Below, in pieces: positions 32,642-42,919 of a stretch of 64,000 nt of DNA. The stretch comes from Promethearchaeota archaeon (lineage in GTDB: Archaea; Asgardarchaeota; Lokiarchaeia; Sigyniarchaeales; SOKP01), in contig JAEOTA010000086.1 in NCBI GenBank assembly GCA_016840085.1, positions 1 to 64,000 on the forward strand, in the 5' to 3' direction. The position numbers and the translations under genes were made by a program. Below the pieces are notes generated by a model that did no database searches, was not told the DNA's origin, and worked only from the letters and a program-made list of their open reading frames with translations. Each line of letters opens with the position of its first letter. The stretch's first letter is position 1.

Positions 32642-33682
32642 TTAATTAGTTTTTCTGAAATGTTCAAAACCATAATTTTTAAGCTCAATATTCCTATTAT
32701 CCTTTATGATAAAGATACGATTTTCAGATATAACGCTTCCAATTTTAAATATATTTCCACCATTAGCTTGAATAATTGCTTGCACTTTATCCAAAATTTT
32801 AGGATTTATTGTAAATAAATGAATAAATTCTTCACCACCATTAAAAACTAGATTTTCTAATGGAATATCAAATTCTTTTGAGTATTTCATAGCTTCACTA
32901 TCTATTAAATTTTGGTTATAATCTATTTCAAATCCTAAATTAGGATTAGATAACATTAAATCTTTCAAGGATTTAAATAATCCATCAGAGGAATCAATAC
33001 TTGCAGTGACCAAATGATTTTCAGCTAAAATAAAACCTTCTTTTCCTAAATCCTCAATTTCAATAACAGATTTAATAGATCTTTTAAATTTTGGATATTC
33101 ATCTAAAGTTCCCTTTTTATTTATTAATATATCAAATCCTACTCCTGTTAAACCAAACTTTCCATTAGTAATTAATAGATCTCCCTCTTTCATACCCTTT
33201 CTATAAATTATGTGTGAATTATTCTGAATACCAAACACAGTGGGATTAATAATTAATTCCTTAGTTTCATTAAGATCTCCTCCAATATAATCTAAATTCC
33301 ATTTTAGGCAATAATCAATAACACCATTCATCAATTCTCTAAATTCTCTAAGTTTCATTCCTCCTGGAAGACCTAAAGAAATTATTATTCCCTTAGGCGC
33401 TATGCCTTTAACAACTAAATCACTAATATTCATTAAAATTGATTTACGTCCTATTTGATAATGATTCATATTTGATGGCACATCTGTTGATGACACTAAC
33501 ATATCAGAGTTAAAAATTAAATTATCTAATGGTCCGCCTTCTTTAGTAATTTCAGACTTAAGAGTATAGAAAAAGCAATCATCTCTAATCAGCTTTTTTC
33601 CTGTTTTTTCAAAAATTAATCTTTCTATTATTTTGATTATTTTGAGTTCTCCAAGATCTCGTAAACTTTTTTTACTCCTCAT
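32642..33682 (-). CDS. thiL: thiamine-monophosphate kinase
   Basis: GELKII, DDC, NISDL..KG, GGD, DSSDGL, GGEEF, GFEHF. Confidence 0.92.
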   Translation of the reverse strand: MRSKKSLRDLGELKIIKIIERLIFEKTGKKLIRDDCFFYTLKSEITKEGGPLDNLIFNSDMLVSSTDVPSNMNHYQIGRKSILMNISDLVVKGIAPKGIIISLGLPGGMKLREFRELMNGVIDYCLKWNLDYIGGDLNETKELIINPTVFGIQNNSHIIYRKGMKEGDLLITNGKFGLTGVGFDILINKKGTLDEYPKFKRSIKSVIEIEDLGKEGFILAENHLVTASIDSSDGLFKSLKDLMLSNPNLGFEIDYNQNLIDSEAMKYSKEFDIPLENLVFNGGEEFIHLFTINPKILDKVQAIIQANGGNIFKIGSVISENRIFIIKDNRNIELKNYGFEHFRKTN

Positions 33683-33734
33683 TAGAAAAAATTTATAATT
33701 TTTTAATTATTAGTATTCATTAATTAATTTAATT

Positions 33735-33837
33735 GCCTCTGTGGCTTAGTGGTATAGTATTATACGATAATATATTTTATGCTGAGAGCAACAGATTCGT
33801 AATCTGTAGATCGGGGGTTCAATTCCCCCCAGAGGCT
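33735..33837 (+). tRNA. tRNA-Thr(CGU) with 29-nt D-loop intron at 21/22 (about 33757-33785)
   Basis: GCCTCTG/CAGAGGC acceptor, ACAGA-TT-CGT-AA-TCTGT anticodon arm, GGGGG-TTCAATT-CCCCC T arm. Confidence 0.93.
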
Positions 33838-33841
33838 TCAA

Positions 33842-34855
33842 TTACACTTCTTCAGCAAAAGCATACCGTTTTATCATTTGTAACGCAAGCATTTTGAAAG
33901 CATCATTGATATTTTCTCCAGTTTTAGCTGAAGTTTCAATATATGAGAGCTTTAATTTTTTTGAAAGTTCTTCACCTTTTTCAGTATATATAATTCGCTT
34001 CTCTTCTAAATCTATTTTATTTCCAACTAAAATTAATGAGATATTGGGTGATACACTTTTAATTTCTTTAAACCAGCTTTCAATACTTTCAAACGTATCT
34101 TGACTGGTTACATCGTAAACCAAGATACCTACTTCAGCATTTCCTAAATAAGTTTGTCTTACTCTCTTAAATTGTGCTTGACCTGCTAAATCCCATATAA
34201 CAAAACGTACCCTTGATTCTAATCCTTCAAATTCACATTCTTTTTTCATAATAGACGTCCCAATTGTGGATTTATAATCTGCTTGAAAGGAATCTTCAAC
34301 AAAGCGATGAACCATGCTAGTTTTCCCAACCCCTCCCTCCCCTCCTAAGATCAGTTTGTACGCATACTCTCCTGATTTTATCTTAATTTTTTGAAGTTTA
34401 TCTACTTTTCTTTCTATTTTTGGAGTAATATCATCAGAAATGAGTTTGGGAATTACAGGACTTACAGTTCTTCCATCGAATATTCGAGAAATTTTCTCAG
34501 CAGCTAAATAAGCGTATGGGAAAACAGGATCTACCATAGCAATTGAATTTAAAACAGTAACGAAAATAGCTTCTGGTCCAGCTTCACAAAAAATAAATCT
34601 ATGGTCTTCTGTGTCGAAAGTACCTGTTCCAAAAGAGCCTGAACTAAATTCTTCGGTAATCCTTGTTAGAACAGGTTCTACTAATGCACTAACTCCCCCA
34701 ATTACATCCTCCTCTACCTCCACCTCTGAAGATCCTTTTAAAGTAGCCATCACTAATCCTTCTCTATTTACAATAAGAGCAACGATCAAATTTTCTCCGA
34801 TTTCCTGCTTATACCATTGAAGCAATGCTTCCAGTTTTTTACGATCAACAGACAT
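33842..34855 (-). CDS. Roadblock/LC7 domain fused to Rab-like GTPase
   Basis: N-terminal ALIVNREGLVMA..GVSAL..EAGPEAIFVTV Roadblock pattern; C-terminal GEGGVGKTS, TIGT, WDLAGQ, NKID, ETSAK. Confidence 0.9.
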   Translation of the reverse strand: MSVDRKKLEALLQWYKQEIGENLIVALIVNREGLVMATLKGSSEVEVEEDVIGGVSALVEPVLTRITEEFSSGSFGTGTFDTEDHRFIFCEAGPEAIFVTVLNSIAMVDPVFPYAYLAAEKISRIFDGRTVSPVIPKLISDDITPKIERKVDKLQKIKIKSGEYAYKLILGGEGGVGKTSMVHRFVEDSFQADYKSTIGTSIMKKECEFEGLESRVRFVIWDLAGQAQFKRVRQTYLGNAEVGILVYDVTSQDTFESIESWFKEIKSVSPNISLILVGNKIDLEEKRIIYTEKGEELSKKLKLSYIETSAKTGENINDAFKMLALQMIKRYAFAEEV

Positions 34856-35289
34856 GAATTTGAAAACCTCAAAAGTTTGTTCTTTAATGCAATATAATAT
34901 AACTAGAATTTATTATTTAATATAATAAGTTTAGCTTAAAAATTTATAGAAAACGATAATCCTCTATAGTAATGAAATAGAGGTATTAGTTTATAAAAAT
35001 TAATTGAAAAATTTCGTTATTTTAATTAAATTTTAGAAAATTCAAATCTTCCTTATGTTAATTTCAAATATATAAAATAAATTTAAGTTAGAATATCGAT
35101 TTTTAATTAAAAATTATACTAAAAATTAGTATAATATTCGTCAATATTTTCAAATTCAAACTTGCTAATGAATTCTCATGTTTGCAAGTATTAGTTAAAA
35201 ATAATAAAGAAAAAAAATTTTAAACATTTAAAACATTATCTAAATCGATATTTTAAGAAAATAAATTAAACGAAAATTCTCTTATTAAT

Positions 35290-35440
35290 GCAGGAGTTGC
35301 CAAGCCTGGTCTACGGCGCTAGATTATTATATTATTATATATATATACGGCGTAACTGAGGTTCTAGTGACATAGGTCTTCGTGGGTTCAAAAATTGACT
35401 TGGATCTCCTCGATCTCGATGGAATATCCCACCTCCTGCA
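35290..35440 (+). tRNA. tRNA-Leu(GAG) with two introns (30/31, about 35323-35354; 59/60, about 35393-35426)
   Basis: GCAGGAG/CTCCTGC acceptor, CTAGA-CT-GAG-GT-TCTAG after splicing, long variable arm, GTGGG-TTCAAAT-CCCAC after splicing; both introns fold as BHB-like motifs. Confidence 0.92.
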
Positions 35441-35550
35441 CTTATAGTTGAATTGTTAAGATATTGAGAAAATTATAAATTATTTTATTTGTATTTAATA
35501 ATGATATTAAATAGATTAGATTAAATTGAACAAAAGTTGGAGTTGTTTCT

Positions 35551-36747
35551 ATTTCAAATATAGTATTAACTAACGAATTAGCCACAATAGAACATATTAA
35601 ATCTTTAGCTTTTAAGCGATCTGCATCATCAATAGGAGAAACAAAAGCAACAGATTACATAGAAAAAGAATTAGCAAAAGATAATATTAAGTCGAAATTT
35701 GAATATTTTGAATGGACTGGACCTGTGAGAATATTAATACGTACTAGTTATTTAATTATTTTAACATATCTTTTACTTTCACGTTTAATTTTAGTTATAA
35801 TCGCTTACTTTGTAATAAAACATATGTTTGAAAGAACTCGTAATATGACATTAATAAAAAAAGAGTCATCAAAAAATATTTTTACACAAATTCCAGCGAA
35901 GGAAACTATACAAGATCGACCAATTGTAATCTTATCAGCACATTATGATTCTATTTCAGCAAATATTCCTTATAGAATTCAAATGATAATTTTTTTTATG
36001 TACCGATTAATAATAGTATTTTATAGTTTTATAATAGTAGTTTTATCAATATGGCTTACCTTTGATTTACTAGATTTATACTCAGTACCACAAAATATAG
36101 TTATCCTTATAGCTTTATTATCATTAAGTGGAATTATTATTTCAATCCCGATATTATATCTTATATTTAATGAAAAACCATCAGCTAATTCAATTGATAA
36201 TGCAAGTGGAGTAGCTATTTTGATTGAATTAGCTAAATTATTTAAAAAAGATCCACTTAAGAAAATGGATTTACTATTCATATGGCCTGGAGCAGAAGAA
36301 TGGGGTTTGAAAGGATCAAAAAAGTTCTGTGAAGATTATTTTGAAGATTTAAATCAAAAATATGAACTCAATAGCTCTATTAATATTAATATAGATATGG
36401 TTGGTACTTACATTGGACTATTGAATAAAGTTGGTCTTGTAAGAAGACATAAATTAAATAATAGATTAAATAATATTTTCCAAACAACATCTAATGAATT
36501 AAAAATACCTATTACTATATATAATAAAATTTTTGAGCCAAAAAGCGACCATAAATCCTTTAGAAAGTGTGCTAAAAGAGTTAAGAAGAAGTTACAAATA
36601 GTTTATTTTCATTCAGATAAAGATTCTAAATATATCCACTCTTTAAGAGATACACCAGATAAATGTTCAGTAGAAAATCTAAATGGGTGCCTAGAAATAT
36701 GTTACCATGCCTTGAAATGCATAGATACAGGAATTAATTCAACTTAA
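35551..36747 (+). CDS. membrane-embedded M28-family peptidase (frame extends upstream of the 35725 call; probable ATT start)
   Basis: SAHYDS, DNASGVA, AEEWG, NIDMVG, SDH, IHS..D; upstream in-frame R.ASSIGE..A.DYI segment. Confidence 0.85.
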   Translation: MSNIVLTNELATIEHIKSLAFKRSASSIGETKATDYIEKELAKDNIKSKFEYFEWTGPVRILIRTSYLIILTYLLLSRLILVIIAYFVIKHMFERTRNMTLIKKESSKNIFTQIPAKETIQDRPIVILSAHYDSISANIPYRIQMIIFFMYRLIIVFYSFIIVVLSIWLTFDLLDLYSVPQNIVILIALLSLSGIIISIPILYLIFNEKPSANSIDNASGVAILIELAKLFKKDPLKKMDLLFIWPGAEEWGLKGSKKFCEDYFEDLNQKYELNSSININIDMVGTYIGLLNKVGLVRRHKLNNRLNNIFQTTSNELKIPITIYNKIFEPKSDHKSFRKCAKRVKKKLQIVYFHSDKDSKYIHSLRDTPDKCSVENLNGCLEICYHALKCIDTGINST

Positions 36748-39700
36748 AAAAAATCAGCTAATTTATGTTGTTTTATTTTAGGATTATTCGTTAAGCTTTC
36801 TACATATTCTTCAATCAGCTCCATTCTTTGAATAGTATAGTTATCCAATTTGAATTCGTTACATAATTTCAAAGCACGAGGAATATATTTTTCAATCCCC
36901 CCCCTATTAACAGTTAATATTACTTTATTTCCACACTTAGGACATTTTCCTGCATTTGAAATAGGAACTCTTCTGTATTTAGAATTACATTTTACGCATC
37001 TAAATTTTTGTACACTAAATTTTCTTAAATTTCCTAAAATATCTGGGTTAAAATGTGTTGATAAAATTTTTTCTGCCACCTTTTTTACATTAACTGCTTT
37101 TATTATTTTTCCAAGATATAGTTGTGCTTCTATTTTTTCATCCATTGTTTCATATTTCTTATAAGATGTTGTTTTAGGACCTTCATTTATATTATCAGTT
37201 GGGATGTTAAAACCAATATTTTCATATTGTTCAGGTGTTCCTAATCTATTTTTTACTAAATTCATCATATTTTCTATTTTTGAAGGAGAAGTATACTGTT
37301 CGGTGGCGTTATAAAATTCTAAGGGATATTGAAAGGATGTATCAACGTTATGAGCTTCTGTTTCAATTTCATTAGGATCTAATAAGGTACCAATAACTAA
37401 GGTAGCATCCATCTTTCCTCCTATTTTACTTGGTAAGTAATAACGCGAAAAATTTAATAAAGGATCTAATAGAAGCATGATGCCATCTTCATCACCATCA
37501 CAATTTCGCCTTTTTGCGCTATGCCAAAATGGATGTGCATAGATAGACCTAGCTGGAGTGAATCCAATTATTCTTCCAATGATACCGGCACTAGTATGAG
37601 GAGCTAACCCTACAACAAGGTGCCCAATTAGATCCTCTTTTTTAGAAATATTATAGAATCGAACCATTTTATAGAAATTTTCTAATTCATCATCCAAAAA
37701 ATTAGCAACTTTAATAAAATAATGGGCGCAATCCTCGGATAATATAACATCTTGAACTTTTAACTCAATTATTTGATTTTCATTAGTAAGAGGATTTCCT
37801 TTAAAGTCGTGTGAATATCCTAGTTCTTTCAAAGTTGTAATAGAAATCCCTATTTCTTCAGGTTTAAAATGAGTTAGGGGAATATCAGTTGCATCATATC
37901 GAATTTCAGCGGTTTTATAAACTAAGACATTATTCTTTGCTCTAAGAATACCTTTTTCAATAGGTTCGGGTATTTTAAATTTGTTCGTTAAGCCATAAAT
38001 TCCCTTTAATTTAGATGGTAACGAAATTTTCATCTCTCTTAGCACTGAATTTATGTGTTGCTTTATATTAAACATTGCTTCACTCGAGAATTTTAATTCT
38101 TGACCGCATAGCGTACATTTCTTCTCATTTTTATCAAATATTTTTTTACAATTTTCACACACTTTCATTAATTCTGTATGATTTTTGCAATTTGGACACA
38201 AATTAAATATACTTACTTTTCCACATTTTTGACATTTTTTTCTACATACATCGATTTTTACTTTCTGCAAATCAATTGCTTTTAACACTGATCGTGAACT
38301 TCCCACTTTATCACTGAGAGGAAATAAAGAATGAACCCCTTTCATACTCTTTCTCTCTGATTTTTCTGGCCTTCCCATTCGTGAACCCATAAAGTATGGT
38401 GCCTTATTTTTGATTTTTATGGAAGAGATATTGTAAAAGAAATTAAAAACATCATCTTTATTAGTAATTTCTTCATAATTATTACTTTTAAGTTTAAAAA
38501 TTACCTTATAAATATAATTCATAGCTTTACTGAAAACTATTTTATTCTCTCTAATTTTATGAATTACAAAAGCTTTTTCTAACATGTTTTTTATTTCCTC
38601 TCTATTGGGCAAAATTATCTTATTTTCATGTTCTCTATAACCCTCTACTAAAGCATCTCTTAGAAATTTTAACTCTTCAATTAATAAATTCCCCCAAAAA
38701 TCAGTATATGATGGATGAAGAGGAATTTTATAATTTTGAGAGATTTCAATAGCTTCTTCAGCTGTTGGTTTATTTTTAAAAGGATTATCTATGAATTTAC
38801 GTAATTTCTGAGTAATATTTTTTTCTCCTTTCACAGTTTTTTCTAATTCTAATGCCCACCATTCTTCTACATAACCAGATGGAATTAATTTATGATTATT
38901 TTCAGCAAACTCACCGAATCCGAAAAGAATATCACCTAAGAATAGAATTTTTTCAATTTCTGGAAAAATTTTTGTTGCATATTTATAACTTTTAACTTTA
39001 ATAACGTCACCATTAACCAATTTTACAATAGGAGGCTCAATACTGTTCACAGGACATATACTTGTACTTTTTCCAGGTCTCTCTATTCTTAATTGAGTTC
39101 CAATAGCAATAAAATTATCTAGTAGGCCCATTGTAGCTGGATGAAGACCCCCAGCAGCTAAACCTGTATTTCGAGATCTGCCATATCGGATTCTATGACC
39201 TCCTATTTCAGAAGGATGGCTAAAAACAGGTCTTCCAGCAATAATATCAGCAACATACTTAGAATTTGGTACAATTTTTATTTTATCATCCAACTCATCT
39301 TTCTTCTCATCACTTTTTTGACCCTCCTCTTTTTGAACAATTTTCTTTAATTTATCTAACCACTCCCAACCTTCCAAATTCATATTCTGAGCTATTTTTA
39401 GAAGTTTTGGAGCTTTAAGTAGGAGCCCATCATTTAAAACTAGACATGCACCCCCTCTTATCTTATTTGTCTCAATTCTAGGTAAGTCTCTAAATGCTGA
39501 TACTTCTTCATTTTCAGTCGAATCGCCATTTATTTCTACTGGTAAATTCTTGACAGCGTATCTAATTTCACGATTAGAAGACGGGTATTGTAAATGAACT
39601 AATCTATCATAGAGTTTTACCTCTTCAACATATCTACCAATTTCTGCTTCAGTTGCTTCATATTTAGGGATATTTGATTTCCTTCGAACATAATCCGCTA

Positions 39701-40181
39701 TTAAAACACATAATGCAGCAGTTGTACCTCCTGCAGCTCTAATTGGACCTGCAAAATATAGAGATAAATATTTTTTGCCATATTGATCTTTTCGTATTAA
39801 TATTTTAGAGATCCCTTCGAGTGGTGCACTCACAACACCCATTGTTTTTATTGCTAATCCTACTCTTATAGCTCTTTCAACTCTTTCCTCTAAAGATTCA
39901 ATGTTTCCTACTTTCTTATCTAATATATATGTAACCACTTTAAATACAATTTCATCCTCGTTATATCCTTCTTCTTTTAAATCTCTTATATCTTTAGCAA
40001 TCCCTTCTGGTCCAACTAATTTTTCAACCCTTCCAGCTAAATCTTTTGCTTGAGGACATTCTATTGATAATTCGGGATCAAGCCCTTTCTTACGAGCTTC
40101 TTCTGCAATCATATAACATTGATCAACTTTTTGTTGAATTAATGTAAAGTATTCTTCCACTTCCTTATTCATTTCTACCAT
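36744..40181 (-). CDS. polC: DNA polymerase D large subunit DP2
   Basis: GPIRAAGGT, RMGRPEK, RRNCDGDED, zinc fingers, C-terminal PIP box QHKLADFF. Confidence 0.98.
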   Translation of the reverse strand: MVEMNKEVEEYFTLIQQKVDQCYMIAEEARKKGLDPELSIECPQAKDLAGRVEKLVGPEGIAKDIRDLKEEGYNEDEIVFKVVTYILDKKVGNIESLEERVERAIRVGLAIKTMGVVSAPLEGISKILIRKDQYGKKYLSLYFAGPIRAAGGTTAALCVLIADYVRRKSNIPKYEATEAEIGRYVEEVKLYDRLVHLQYPSSNREIRYAVKNLPVEINGDSTENEEVSAFRDLPRIETNKIRGGACLVLNDGLLLKAPKLLKIAQNMNLEGWEWLDKLKKIVQKEEGQKSDEKKDELDDKIKIVPNSKYVADIIAGRPVFSHPSEIGGHRIRYGRSRNTGLAAGGLHPATMGLLDNFIAIGTQLRIERPGKSTSICPVNSIEPPIVKLVNGDVIKVKSYKYATKIFPEIEKILFLGDILFGFGEFAENNHKLIPSGYVEEWWALELEKTVKGEKNITQKLRKFIDNPFKNKPTAEEAIEISQNYKIPLHPSYTDFWGNLLIEELKFLRDALVEGYREHENKIILPNREEIKNMLEKAFVIHKIRENKIVFSKAMNYIYKVIFKLKSNNYEEITNKDDVFNFFYNISSIKIKNKAPYFMGSRMGRPEKSERKSMKGVHSLFPLSDKVGSSRSVLKAIDLQKVKIDVCRKKCQKCGKVSIFNLCPNCKNHTELMKVCENCKKIFDKNEKKCTLCGQELKFSSEAMFNIKQHINSVLREMKISLPSKLKGIYGLTNKFKIPEPIEKGILRAKNNVLVYKTAEIRYDATDIPLTHFKPEEIGISITTLKELGYSHDFKGNPLTNENQIIELKVQDVILSEDCAHYFIKVANFLDDELENFYKMVRFYNISKKEDLIGHLVVGLAPHTSAGIIGRIIGFTPARSIYAHPFWHSAKRRNCDGDEDGIMLLLDPLLNFSRYYLPSKIGGKMDATLVIGTLLDPNEIETEAHNVDTSFQYPLEFYNATEQYTSPSKIENMMNLVKNRLGTPEQYENIGFNIPTDNINEGPKTTSYKKYETMDEKIEAQLYLGKIIKAVNVKKVAEKILSTHFNPDILGNLRKFSVQKFRCVKCNSKYRRVPISNAGKCPKCGNKVILTVNRGGIEKYIPRALKLCNEFKLDNYTIQRMELIEEYVESLTNNPKIKQHKLADFF

Positions 40182-40408
40182 ATTTTCTCAAATTTCAATT
40201 TGATTTTCAGCATAAATAGAAGACAAACCAAGTATTGATATAATTATCTCCTAACTTAAAATAAATTCAATTATTAATCTGCTATTTTCCTTATAAATTT
40301 GTAGACAATGGTAATTTATTACTGTCTCTTTCTATAAAAAAAATCAATGTTTTTCCTTTAATAATAAATAATTAAATTTTAACCTACAATAATTATAGTG
40401 ATTCTATC

Positions 40409-42196
40409 TTGGAAAATAAGACATTGAAAATCGATAATATTGAAAATAAGAGAAATATCTTAAGAATGTTAATTAATTCAGGAATAAATATTACTCCCCC
40501 ACTTCTAGATTTTATTTTACTGCTAGATAATCCTATCGAAATAATAAATCAAATCATTAAGGAGACAAGTTTTATTCCAAGCTTTAAAAGTCATCTAACT
40601 GAGAATTTTTTGAAGAAGATCCCAAATAAGGAGATTAAAAAATCATTAGAAAGAATACTAATTAAAAAAGAGGTGCATATAATTGAAGATAATTCGAATA
40701 AAAAAGGTGTATTAAATCAAAATCAAATATGCAATTTAATTGATGTTAAAAAAAAAACCTTAGAACAGGAAAGAAAAACTCAAGTAAAAAATCTTGAATT
40801 TACAGTAAAATCTTCTATACTTGAAGAACATGATAATAACAATATTAAGGCAAACTCAATAAATAAGGACAGAGTAAAATCAATAGAAAGTACAAATTCA
40901 TTTTTTATTTTTAAACCAATCGCAAAAGAATATAGTGCTCAAATTAAAATCTTAAAAGATCCAACAGGAAAAATATATACAAATGGAAAGTATGAGGATT
41001 TTTACGATCTAACCTTGGATAAATTTAGTAGATTAAAAAAATTAATGAGAAAGAGGACTGAAGCCCATTCTGCTGATAATATAAATAACATATTAAGATT
41101 ATCGAGTAAAGTTGCTGTGTCAGTAATAGGAATGGTAAATGAAATTAGAAAAACTAAAAATAATAATTTTATACTTACTTTAGAAGATCTCACAGGTCTG
41201 GTGAATGTTATAATTAGAAAGGATTCTGATAATCAAGAGAATATTAAAATTACTGAACGAACACTTAATGATCAGGTGGTTTACATAGAAGGTACTTATA
41301 ATCCTGGAGAAAAAGGTAAAAAAGGGATAATTTATTGTAATTACATATCAAAAATTGATATTCCAAGAGATCACAAACCAAATAAATCGCATGACCCATT
41401 ATCTGTTGCGTTGATTTCTGATACTCATATTGGTAGCAAAGAGTTTGAAGAAAAATTATGGAATAGGTTTATTGCTTTTTTAAAGGGAAAAATTGGGAAC
41501 AAAAATCAGAGAGATAAAGCAGGAACAATTAAATATATAATAATTAATGGAGATTTAGTTGATGGTATAGGAGTTTATCCTAAACAAAAAAGCGATCTTG
41601 CAATATCTGATATTTATGAACAATTCAAAAAAGCAAAAGAAATTCTTTCTGAAGTCCCAGATCATATAAAGATATTATACAGCTCTGGGAATCACGAACC
41701 TGTTCGTAATGCTTTACCAAGACCAGCAGTCCCTAAAAAATATTCTGAAGAACTCATAAATATTGGTGTGACTTGTATTGGTAACCCTTCAATTGTTCAA
41801 ACACATAATGTTAATACATTAGTTTATCATGGTGATAGTATTCTTGATTTAAATCAATTAATCCCCGGTTTAGATAATAATAAACCAATAGACACAATGA
41901 AAGAATTATTAAAATGTAGACATTTAGCTCCAATTTATGGAGGGAAAACGCAAATAGCTCCCATAAATAAGGATTGGCTTGTTATTGATAAAGTACCTGA
42001 TATATTTCATACTGGACATGTTCATATCAATGGAATTGGATACTATAATAATATTGCTTTAGTTAATTCAGGATGTTTCCAAAGTCAAACGGAATTCATG
42101 AATTCTTTAGGTATACACCCAACTCCTGGAATTTTATCAATAATAGATCTAAAAACTTTAAAAGGAACTCAATTAGACTTAAAAATTAGTATTTAA
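40409..42196 (+). CDS. polB: DNA polymerase D small subunit DP1
   Basis: OB fold plus phosphoesterase motifs SDTHIGS, GDLVDG, GNHE, HGD, RHLAP, GHVH. Confidence 0.96.
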   Translation: MENKTLKIDNIENKRNILRMLINSGINITPPLLDFILLLDNPIEIINQIIKETSFIPSFKSHLTENFLKKIPNKEIKKSLERILIKKEVHIIEDNSNKKGVLNQNQICNLIDVKKKTLEQERKTQVKNLEFTVKSSILEEHDNNNIKANSINKDRVKSIESTNSFFIFKPIAKEYSAQIKILKDPTGKIYTNGKYEDFYDLTLDKFSRLKKLMRKRTEAHSADNINNILRLSSKVAVSVIGMVNEIRKTKNNNFILTLEDLTGLVNVIIRKDSDNQENIKITERTLNDQVVYIEGTYNPGEKGKKGIIYCNYISKIDIPRDHKPNKSHDPLSVALISDTHIGSKEFEEKLWNRFIAFLKGKIGNKNQRDKAGTIKYIIINGDLVDGIGVYPKQKSDLAISDIYEQFKKAKEILSEVPDHIKILYSSGNHEPVRNALPRPAVPKKYSEELINIGVTCIGNPSIVQTHNVNTLVYHGDSILDLNQLIPGLDNNKPIDTMKELLKCRHLAPIYGGKTQIAPINKDWLVIDKVPDIFHTGHVHINGIGYYNNIALVNSGCFQSQTEFMNSLGIHPTPGILSIIDLKTLKGTQLDLKISI

Positions 42197-42235
42197 ATAA
42201 TTTATATAAAATAAAACCTAAATTAAGAAAGGTTC

Positions 42236-42919
42236 ATGAATATAATAATTCCTCGTAATAATAACTCTGAAATGCTATTATACCTTTGGAAAATAATTGA
42301 TTTGCCATTTTTATCATCATTTGATCTGTTATTTACAATTTCATATGATTTTTTTTTTTTACCTCCTGATAGAGCCCTCTCTTTTATAAGTTCATGTATT
42401 ACGGATCAACTTTTAATTAAAGATAATGAGCAAAATCTTAAATTATCGCCAGCATTAGAAAATCGTTTAAAGAATTGGCAAAAGAAAAGAACAAATGATA
42501 TTATAGACAAAATTAATGATTATAAAAGTATTACTCATCTAAAAAATGAAATCAAAACTGGACTCACTACAAATTTTAATAATCTAATAAAAAGCTTTAT
42601 CGACGTAGAAACACTAAATAGAGCAGCAGCAATTTCTAATTCTTCTTATAAGTTAAATGAAGTAGATACCAAAAAAGGTATTATTAAATCAAAAGTTGCT
42701 GGTTCAAAAGAAGAATCATATTTAATTGAAATCGACATAACTAATAAATTTATACGTCATGACTGTCATGATTTTGAAACAAGAAGAGCTACAAGCAAAA
42801 AATTTTGTAAGCATTTAATTAAACTATTTTTATTATTAAAAGATAAAAATGAGGATATTGCGGTTTATTTCCTTAATAAAATTTTAGAAAATATAGATGA
42901 TTGGGATTTCTTAACTTAA
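42236..42919 (+). CDS. SWIM-type zinc-finger protein
   Basis: V.GSK..Y..HDCHDF..FCKHL. Confidence 0.75.
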   Translation: MNIIIPRNNNSEMLLYLWKIIDLPFLSSFDLLFTISYDFFFLPPDRALSFISSCITDQLLIKDNEQNLKLSPALENRLKNWQKKRTNDIIDKINDYKSITHLKNEIKTGLTTNFNNLIKSFIDVETLNRAAAISNSSYKLNEVDTKKGIIKSKVAGSKEESYLIEIDITNKFIRHDCHDFETRRATSKKFCKHLIKLFLLLKDKNEDIAVYFLNKILENIDDWDFLT

